Shown: one piece after another, positions 1-9,683 of the stretch | Layout of the letters: the number at the start of each line of letters is the position of its first letter | Numbering within the stretch: position 1 is the stretch's first letter | NCBI GenBank assembly: GCA_051362555.1 | Contig: CM120647.1 | Span: 18,638,651 to 18,702,650 of the forward strand | Source: Lingula anatina | Taxonomy: Eukaryota; Animalia; Brachiopoda | Direction of reading: 5' to 3' | DNA length: 64,000 bases | Made by a program: the position numbers and the translations under genes | Notes under the pieces: generated by a model | Database searches by the model: none | Seen by the model: the letters and a program-made list of their open reading frames with translations, nothing else | What the model was told of the DNA's origin: nothing

Positions 1-40
1 AATTGTATTGAGCAACTGAAGAGAAAGGCAGTTTTGATAG
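1..40 (+). CDS. Putative 3' end of the penultimate coding exon of an unidentified plus-strand gene (truncated by the window edge)
   Basis: Open frame NCIEQLKRKAVLI plus 1 nt, followed by G|GTTATA, a weak donor. Phase 1 matches the candidate terminal exon at 7565. Too short to identify. Confidence 0.4.
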
Positions 41-75
41 GTTATAAATGAATGAATGGAAAAACAGTATATTAA

Positions 76-2804
76 CACCCTCCACCTGGACATCAAAGTG
101 TTCTGACCTACCTTGTTGTCCAGAAAACACTACAACATAAGGTGCCATGAGTGCTCACCAATTCCCAATGGACCCATCCCAATCCCCATCATTGGACCCA
201 TCCCAATCCCCATCATTGGACCCATCCCAATCCCCATCATTGGACCCATCCCAATCCCCATCATTGGACCCATCCCAATCCCCATCTGGTTGTTTGACAC
301 CCTCCACCTGGACATCAAGGTGTTCTGACCTACCTTATTGTCCAGAAAACACTACAATGAGAGGAGTCATGAGTGCTCACCAGTTTCTATTGTTCCCATA
401 CCAATCCCCATCTGGTTGTTTGACACCCTCCACCTGGACATCAAGGTGTTCTGACCTACCTTGTTGTCCAGAAAACACTTCAATGTAAGGTTCCATGAGT
501 GCTCACCAGTTTCTATTGGACACATTCCAATCGCTATCTGGTTGTTTGACACCCTCCACCTGGAAAACAAGGTGTTCTGACCTACATTATTGTCCAGAAA
601 ACACTACAATGTAAGGTGCCATGAGTGCTCACCAGTTTCTATTGGACACATTCCAATCCCTATCTACTTGTTTGACATCTTCCACCTGGAAAACAAGGTG
701 TTCTCACCTACCTTGTTGTCCAGAAAACACTACAACAGAAGGTGCCATGAGTGCTCACCAGTTTCTATTGAACCCATCCCAATCCCCATCTGGTTGTTTG
801 ACACCCTCTACCTAGACATCAAGGTGTTCTCACCTACCTTGTTGTCCAGAAAACACTACAATGAGAGGTGTCATGAGTGCTCACCAGTTTGTATTGGACC
901 AATCCCAATCCCCATCTGGTTGTTTGACACCTTACACCTGGAGAACAAGGTGTACTGAACTACCTTGCAGACCAGAAAACACTACAATAAGATGTGCCAT
1001 GAGTGCTCACCAGTTTCTATTGGACCCATCCCAATGCCCATTTGGTTGTTTGACACCCTCTACCTAGACATCAAGGTGTTCTGACCCACCTTGTTGTTCA
1101 GAAAACACTACAACAGAAGGTGCCATGAGTGCTCACCAGTTTCTATTGAACCCATCCCAATCCCCATTTGGTTGTTTGACACCCTCCACCTAGACATCAA
1201 GGTGTTCGGACCTATCTTGTTGTGCGGAAAACTACACCAGGAAGTGCCATGAGTGCTCACCAGTCTCTATTGGACCCATCCCAATCCCCATTTGGTTGTT
1301 TGACACCCTCCACCTGGATGCCAAGGTGTTCCGATCTACCTTGTTCTCCAGAAAACACTACAACAGAAGGTGCCATGAGTGCTCACCAGTTTCTATTGGA
1401 CCCATCCCATACCCTATCATTAGACCCATCCCAATCCCCATCTGGTTGTTTGACATCCTCCACCTGGACATCAAGTTGTTCTGACCTACCTTGTTGTCCA
1501 GAAAACACTACAATGAGAGGTGTCATGAGTGCTCACCAGTTTCTATTGAACCCATCCCAATCCCCATTTGGTTGTTTGACACCCTCCATCTGGACATCAA
1601 GGTGTTCTGACCTACCTTGTTGTCCAGAAAACACTACAACAGAAGGTGTCATGAGTGCTCACCAGTTTCTATTGAACCCATCCCAATCCCCATCTGGTTG
1701 TTTGACACCCTCCACCTGGATGCCAAGGTGTTCCGATCTACCTTGTTGTCCAGAAAACACTACAACAAAAGGTGCCATGAGTGCTTACCAGTTTCTATTG
1801 GACCCATCCCAATCCCCATTTGGTTGTTTGACACCCTCTACCTAGACATCAAGGTGTTCTGACCTACCTTGTTGTCCAGAAAACACTACAATGTAAGGTG
1901 CCATGAGTGCTCACCAGTTTCTATTGGACCAATCCCAATCCCCATTTGGTTGTTTGACACCCTCTACCTAGACATCAAGGTGTTCTAACCTACCTTGTTG
2001 TCCAGAAAACACTACAATGTAAGGTGCCATGAGTGCTCACCAGTTTCTATTGGACCCATTCCAATCCCCATTTGGTTGTTTGACACCCTCCATCTGGACA
2101 TCAAGGTGTTCTGACCTACCTTGTTGTCCAGAAAACACTACAACAGAAGGTGCCATTAGTGCTCACCAGTTTCTATTGGACCCATTCCAATCCCCATCTG
2201 GTTGTTTAACACCCTCCATCTGGACATCAAGGTGTTCTGACCTACCTTGTTGTCCAGAAAACACTACAACAGAAGGTGCCATGAGAGCTCACCAGTTTCT
2301 TTTGAACCCATCCCAATCCCCCTTTGGTTGTTTGACACCCTCCACCTAGACATCAAGGTGTTCGGACCTATCTTGCTGTGCGGAAAACTACACCAGGAAG
2401 TGCCATGAGTGCTCACCAGTTTCTATTGGACCCATCCCAATCCCCATCTGGTTGTTTGACACCCTCTACCTAGACATCAAGGTGTTCTGACCTACCTTGT
2501 TGTCCAGAAAACACTACAATGTAAGGTGCCATGAGTGCTCACCAGTTTCTATTGGACCCATCCCAATCCCCATTTGGTTGTTTGACACCCTCTACCTAGA
2601 CATCAAGGTGTTCTGACCTACCTTGTTGTCCAGAAAACACTACAATGTAAGGTGCCATGAGTGCTCACCAGTTTCTATTGAACCCATCCCAATCCCAATC
2701 TGGTTGTTTGACACCCTCCACCTGGACATCAAGGTGTTCTGACCTACCTTGTTGTCCAGAAAACAGTACAACAGAAGGTGTCATGAGTGCTCACCAGTTT
2801 CTAA
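76..2804. repeat. 126-bp tandem satellite, left block (~21 units)
   Basis: Unit ...GTTCTGACCTACCTTGTTGTCCAGAAAACACTACAACAGAAGGTGCCATGAGTGCTCACCAGTTTCTATTGGACCCATCCCAATCCCCATCTGGTTGTTTGACACCCTCCACCTGGACATCAAGGT... recurs at 126-bp spacing (e.g. 1861/1987) with few substitutions. Confidence 0.97.
170..287. repeat. 24-bp sub-array (GGACCCATCCCAATCCCCATCATT x ~5) inside the first satellite unit
   Basis: Directly visible. It produces the IGPIPIPI / SLDPSQSP / MMGIGMGP repeats in the ORF track. Confidence 0.95.
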
Positions 2805-5800
2805 CTAGAGGATCAGAGAGGCGATACCGCCTCCGAATATTGTACCACCAGCTGGAGCAAGCGCATTCGTATAGACCCCCACATACACAAAATAAGAGAC
2901 ACAGCCACCAGTCTTATGCTTGACAAGCTATAAAAATGCAATCAACAAGAATTTTCAAAATACGCAAAAAATATATATAACTTAAAATGGTACAATCAAA
3001 ATTAAGTTCATCGTAAGGTAGGTCAAAGGTCAATTTCAAGGTCACAGTAAATTGCCAGTATATGACTTCCTATTCAACTTCAATAGTAACTATGGACCTA
3101 TCTCTGCCAGGTTTGGAGTTAAAAGAGAAAGAAATTAGCAGAGTTCAGTTCATGATTATAAGTAGGTCAAAGGTCAATTTCAAGGTCACACTTAGATTGC
3201 CAGTATATGACTTCCTATTCAAGTTCAATAGTAACTATGGACCTATCTCTGCCAGTTTTGGAAATAAAAGGGAACCAAAATTTGCAAAGTTCAATTCATG
3301 ATAAAAAGTAGGTCAAAGGTCAATTTCAAGGTCACATTTAGATTGCCAGTATATGACTTCCTATTCAAGTTCAAAAGTAACTATGGACCTATCTTTGCCA
3401 GTTTTGGAGATAAAAGGGAACCAAAATTTGCAAAGTTCAACTCATGGTGAAAAGTAGGTCAAAGGTCAATTTCAAAGTCACATTTAGATTGCCAGTATAT
3501 GACTTCCTATTCAACTTCAATAGTAACTATGGATCTATCTCTGCCAGTTTTGGAGATATAAGGGACTAAATGTTATAATTTTGGAGTTACCATAATGTGC
3601 CATAAATTTCCTACGGAAAAAATTAATAAAAATAAAGAAAAGGTCATTTTGGTCAAAATTCTTGAAATGGGAGGTGCTCTGAAGTTCCAGATGTTCTAAT
3701 TTGATGAAATAATGTCATTTTTGACCACAAGTTGTCTGCTTTGCCAAGCCTTATTCCGGAGTTCAAAATTTATTATCCATTACTGTACTGCACATTTTGC
3801 TTTAACCACCAATATGTACTTTTTGATACAGCGTAACTTTGGAGATAAAAGGGAAGCAAAATTTCCAAAGTTCAGTTCATGGTGAAAAGTAGGTCAAAGG
3901 TCAATTTCAAGGTCACATTTAGATTGCCAGTATATGACTTCATATTCAAGTTCAATAGAAACTATGGACCTATCTCTGCCAGTTTTGGAGATAAAAGGGA
4001 GGCAAAATTTGCAAAGTTCAGTTCATGGTGAAAAGTAGGTCAAAGGTCAATTTCAAGGTCACAGTAAGATTGCCAGTACATGACTTCCTATTCAACTTCA
4101 ATAGTAACTATGGACTTATCTCTGCCAGTTTTGGAGATATAAGGGACTAAATGTTATAATTTTGGAGTTACCATAATGTGCCATAAATTTCCTATGGAAA
4201 AAATTAATAAAAATAAAGAAAAGGTCATTTTGGTAAAAATTCTTGAAATGGGAGGTGCTCTGAAGTTCCAGATGTTCAAATTTGATGAAATAATGTCATT
4301 TTCGACCACAAGTTGCCTGCTTTGCCAAGCCTTATGTTTTATTTTTCCGGAGTTCAAAATTTATTATCCATTACCGTACAGCACATTTTGCTTTAACCAC
4401 CAAAATGTACTTTTTGATACAGCGTAACTTTGGAGATAAAAGGGAAGCAAAATTTGCAAAGTTCAGTTCATGATGAAAAGTAGGTCAAAGGTCAATTTCA
4501 AGGTCACAGAAAGATTGCCAGTATATGACTTCCTATTCAAGTTCAATAGTAACTATGGACCTATCTCTGCCAGTTTTGGAGATAAAAGGGAACCAAAATT
4601 TGCAAAGTTCAATTCATGATAAAAAGTAGGTCAAAGGTCAATTTCAAGGTCACATTTAGATTGCCAGTATATGACTTCCTATTCAACTTCAATAGAAACT
4701 ATGGACCTATCTCTGCCAGGTTTGGAGTTAAAAGAGAAAGAAATTAGCAGAGTTCAGTTCATGGTGAAAAGTAGATCAAAGGTCAATTTTAAGGTCACAT
4801 TTAGATTGCCAGTATATGACTTCCTATTCAACTTCAATAGTGACTATGGACCTATCTCTGCTAGTTTTGGAGATAAAAGGGAAGCAAAATTTCCAAAGTT
4901 CAGTTCATGGTGAAAAGTAGGTCAAAGGTCAATTTCAAGGTCACATTTAGATTGCCAGTATATGACTTCATATTCAAGTTCAATAGAAACTATGGACCTA
5001 TCTCTGCCAGTTTTGGAGATAAAAGGGAGGCAAAATTTGCAAAGTTCAGTTCATGGTGAAAAGTAGGTCAAAGGTCAATTTTAAGGTCACATTTAGATTG
5101 CCAGTATATGACTTCCTATTCAACTTCAATAGTAACTATGGACCTATCTCTGCCAGTTTTGGAGATAAAAGGGTAGCAAAATTTGCAAAGTTCAATTTAT
5201 GGTGAAAAGTAGGTCAAAGGTCAATTTCAAGGTCACAGTAAGATTGCCAGTATATGACTTCCTATTCAACTTCAATAGTAACTATGGACCTATCTCTGCC
5301 AGTTTTGGAGATATAAGGGACTAAATGTTATAATTTCGGAGTTACCTTAATGTGCCATAAATTTCCTACAGAAAAAATTAATTAAAATAAAGAAAAGGTC
5401 ATTTTGGTAAAAATTCTTGAAATGGGAGGTGCTCTGAAGTTCCAGAAGTTCAAATTTGATGAAATAATGTCATTTTTGACCACAAGTTGTCTGCTTTGCC
5501 AAGCCTTATGTTTTATTTTTCCAGAGTTCAAAATTTATTATCCATTACCGTACTGCACATTTTGCTTTCACCACCAATATGTACTTTTTGATACAGCGTA
5601 ACTCGAAAACCGTATGGAATACAAAAAAACGGAGACCACCTCCAGTGTTGGGCTTTACATGCTCTACAAAATGCAAGAAAGAATGGGTCTCTAGCATTAA
5701 CGGTTCCCGAATTAGAGACAGTTTTCAGTTTCGGTATCTTATGGCCGCTACACCCGTGAAAATGCACCGATTGACCCCAAATTCACACAGATGAAAGATG

Positions 5801-6319
5801 ACCTGAAGGGTAACATTTTCCAATAATATTATTGGTGAAGTCTGTGTGGTGTCTGAATAACAGCGCAAATAATTTTTTTTTCGTAAAAAAATTCATTTTT
5901 TTGAAAATTTTTGCCCGTTTGACCTTGAAATAAAGGTCAAAGGTCAAATCCAAGGGCATATTTGAAATCTACACATATGACTTTTGGAAAGCTGTCTGTA
6001 GAAATTTTTCCCATAATTCCTTCCGTAGGGTAGATAATTAGCATTTAATTTTGCCATTTTTGGACAAGGGTGCATTGCAATGAGTGCCACACCTAGACCC
6101 CAATACCGACAAAGCCCAAATTTTACGTGGAACGAGTTGAGATTATAGGTGACCTAAATCCAAGAGATGGGTATGGGGGCCCTTACCGTCTAGGAGGAGA
6201 AGCGGTAACGGTAACATGGCGGCGGAGCCGGCGGAGCCGGCGGAGCCGCAGGAGCCGGCGGAACGGACCGGACGGGACTAAAACCATGTGTACCGCCAGC
6301 GCTAACGCTGGTGGTACAA
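2805..6319 (-). mobile_element. Non-autonomous Helentron-type element (HINE/DINE-1-like), ~3.5 kb, inserted in the 126-bp satellite
   Basis: Minus-strand 3' end is CTAG followed by TT (2805-2808). Hairpin GAGGCG-atac-CGCCTC at 2818-2833. Subterminal inverted repeats ATTGTACCACCAGC (2839-2852) and GCTGGTGGTACAAT (6307-6320). 5' stem-loop TGTACCGCCAGCG-ctaa-CGCTGGTGGTACA. GC-rich microsatellite at ~6218-6278. No clear TSD and no transposase ORF. The empty-site sequence TTTCTAA|TGAACCC is present at 7084-7097. Confidence 0.88.
3017..5603. repeat. Internal compound tandem array of the Helentron-type element: 12 units of ~145 bp interspersed with 3 units of ~285 bp
   Basis: GGTCAAAGGTCAATT (one variant) starts at ~3021, 3165, 3311, 3457, 3892, 4038, 4483, 4629, 4774, 4920, 5065 and 5212. 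The second unit (AGGGACTAAATG...GATACAGCGTAAC) is at ~3561-3838, 4142-4428 and 5317-5602. Confidence 0.93.
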
Positions 6320-7602
6320 TGAACCCATCCCAATCCCCATCTGGTTGTTTGACACCCTCCACCTGGATGCCAAGGTGTTCCGATCTACCTTGTTCTCCAG
6401 AAAACACTACAACAGAAGGTGCCATGAGTGCTCACCAGTTTCTATTGGACCCATCCCATACCCTATCATCCCGATCCCCATCTGGTTGTTTGACACCCTC
6501 TACCTAGACATCAAGGTGTTCTGACCTACCTTGTTGTCCAGAAAACACTACAATGAGAGGTGTCATGAGTGCTCACCAGTTTCTATTGAACCCATCCCAA
6601 TCCCCATTTGGTTGTTTGACACCCTCCACCTAGACATCAAGGTGTTCTGACCTACCTTGTTGTCCAGAAAACACTACAACAGAAGGTGCCATGAGTGCTC
6701 ACCAGTTTCTATTGGACCCATCCCAATCCCCATTTGGTTGTTTGACACCCTCCACCTGGACATCAAGGTGTTCTGACCTACCTTGTTGTCCAGAAAACAC
6801 TACAACAGAAGGTGCCATGAGTGCTCACCAGTTTCTATTGGACCCATCCCAATCCCCATCTGGTTGTTGGACACCTTCCATCTGGACATCAAGGTGTTCT
6901 GACCTACCTTGTTGTCCAGAAAACACTACAATGTAAGGTGTCATGAGTGCTCACCAGTTTCTATTGGACCCATCCCAATCCCCATCTGGTTGTTGGACAC
7001 CTTCCATCTGGACATCAAGGTGTTCTGACCTACCTTGTTGTCCAGAAAACAGTACAACAGAAGGTGTCATGAGTGCTCACCAGTTTCTAATGAACCCATC
7101 CCAATCCCCATCTGGTTGTTTGACACCCTCCACCTGGATGCCAAGGTGTTCCGATCTACCTTGTTCTCCAGAAAACACTACAACAGAAGGTGCCATGAGT
7201 GCTCACCAGTTTCTATTGGACCCATCCCATACCCTATCATCCCGATCCCCATCTGGTTGTTTGACACCCTCTACCTAGACATCAAGGTGTTCTGACCTAC
7301 CTTGTTGTCCAGAAAACACTACAACAGAAGGTGCCATGAGTGCTCACCAGTTTCTATTGGACCCATCCCAATCCCCATTTGGTTGTTTGACACCCTCTAC
7401 CTAGACATCAAGGTGTTCTGACCTACCTTGTTGTCCAGAAAACACTACAACAGAAGGTGCCATGAGTGCTCACCAGTTTCTATTAGATCCATCCCAATCC
7501 CCATCTGGTTGTTTGACACCCTCTACCTAGACATCAAGGTGTTCTGACCTACCTTGTTGTCCAGAAAACACTACAATGAGAAGTGCCATGAGTGCTCACC
7601 AG
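6320..7602. repeat. 126-bp tandem satellite, right block (~10 units)
   Basis: Same monomer as 76-2804, resuming exactly where the left block was interrupted. Confidence 0.97.
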
Positions 7603-7656
7603 CTTGAATTGGAGTCATTTCAGTCCACCCTGTTGGCCATAAAAATGCCACTATGA
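7565..7656 (+). CDS. Putative terminal coding exon of the unidentified plus-strand gene
   Basis: Preceded by branch-point-like CTGAC, a pyrimidine tract and CAG (7562-7564). Phase 1 reading gives (E)NTTMRSAMSAHQLELESFQSTLLAIKMPL*. Sequence is unique after 7602, with AATAAA at 7690-7695. Confidence 0.5.
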
Positions 7657-8220
7657 GAATGTTCTACAAGTGCTCTTCAGTGTCTATTAAATAAAACCAA
7701 TCCCAATCCCCACGTGGCTCCTTTTGCCTGCCTCCACCTGGATATTTATCTCATACCCGACCTGGGTTCTAGCTATGAATATAAAAGACATATTATTTTT
7801 ACAAATGTGCAAAATTGTAGACAGTAAATGACCATGAGCAGGACAAGAGAAGGCCGAAGGTTCTAATATTTCCATCCCCTCAATATAATTTACCAATTTT
7901 TGGCATATTTCATAACCAACTGCCATTCCATTATACCTGCCATAATAGGCATTTTTACATATTGTTGTAATAAAATAATTATTTTATCCAGATATGCACC
8001 TAACCCTCACTGCCCTGCAATAAAGTTTTATAATTAAAACTGACCAGTTGAATACTGTAGGAAAACTAACCATGTGCCAGATTAATCTAATTTTTTGCCA
8101 CCATGCATGATGTATGAAAGTATATATCTCAAAAAGTGTTACATGCAAACAAACTGCCACTATCCGCTATGTCAACTTGATGATGTGTCTTGCCTTGAAC
8201 CAATATATCAAACAATATTG

Positions 8221-8258
<38 letters not shown>

Positions 8259-8865
8259 CATGCACATTTTATTACAGCTTATTAGGTTTTCTGATTTTGT
8301 AACTATAACTTTTATGTGCCACAAGAAAGAATTAGGTAAATATATAAAAAAAATAAATAAAATAACAATAATATTCTAATGAGGTTGATAAATCTTATTA
8401 ACTAATTTTAATGGTTCTTAAAGTAAAAAATAGAGATAACTTTTCTGTGATGTAAGTACTTAACATAAAGGTGTTTTTTTCTTTTTCTAACCTTTATCTA
8501 AAATGCCTCAAGACCAAACCAGTGTGCCATACTGAAAATATTGACCAGATTTTTTTTGCCGCACCAATAGTAATATGAAACAATGATATCACTCTAACAA
8601 GTTCTAGCATATTTTTTCTTGCCGTCCTTAAGTGTAATGAATATTAAATATTTCAAAAATAAATACCAAAAAATAATTAATAAAAATGGCAGGATTTCAT
8701 TGTTATTATACATAGATAATCCAAAACTATAAATTTTCAATTTCCTTGTATTAAAGCAGATTATAAGAATTCATAATTTTTATAAGTTCAAAACAATAAT
8801 CTTTTTTCAAATCCCCACAATGCTGACTAAAACATACAATAAAAAAATTAAAAAAATGACATTGT

Positions 8866-9649
8866 CTAATAGGTGGTTTTCACCCGCCTTACACCGCACT
8901 CGCAGCAAAACTTTGCGGACTCGACTGGATACTTTGTGCCGCATTCGTGGCAGTACTTGGACAGTTTTGTGGTCTCGCCATCACTGATGCTGCCACTGTA
9001 TCCACTGTCAGCGTGCTGTGCCATGATTCTTCTCCGTCCAGAGTTTGGTCTGGAGGAGGTCGGAGGGGAAGGAGAATGGCCATTCATGAGAACCCTGAAG
9101 ATATTTTTTAATTTTTTTAATAAATTATTATAATAGAATCATATTAACTGAACAAATCATTGGTTTCCTGGACAGAACTGTGTGATACAAAACTTATAAG
9201 TTGGTTACCAAGCACAACTGAGCGCAATTTAGAGTAAATATTTTATCATTTGTTTATCTTCTTTATTGTGCTATAATCATAAGCAAAAATTGCTGCAAAT
9301 ATTAAAGTGCAGTGAAGATTATGCATCAGATATTATGCATAAGACATATATATATTTATATGACATACACTAGACTATTACACATATCATTATCATTATC
9401 ATTAGTAGAAGTTAAAGTAGAAAAAGACAGAAGAGATTTAAAGAAGACTCACCTGTCTTCAGTGCTATATAACAGAAAGAATGAAAGAAGCAAGAATTAG
9501 TATTCGGTGTGATTTTGATATATCAGCTTAGTACCATTTGTATTATTATATGCATGCTGTGTTAGAACTGTACAAAAAGACAAACAGAAAGTGCCATGTC
9601 TCTGTAAATAGTAACTCTTTGATTAATATGAAAAGGACAGCTCATAAGG

Positions 9650-9683
<34 letters not shown>

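Noticed and set aside
142-156. CHEC peptide in the satellite resembling the ZC2HC1A C-terminal CHECG
   Set aside because: Opposite strand, different codons and no flanking similarity; coincidence.
3062-5794. ORFs inside the Helentron-type element as a transposase
   Set aside because: Short translations of tandem units with no HUH Rep, helicase or DDE motifs.
113-7295. Many ORFs (SAHQFLLDPSQSP..., RCHECSP...) as independent repeat-protein genes
   Set aside because: They arise because the 126-bp unit is a multiple of 3. They are broken by scattered TAG/TAA variants and have no independent gene structure.
76-7602. CRISPR-like array
   Set aside because: Units repeat over their whole length with no unique spacers, there are no cas genes, and the context is eukaryotic.
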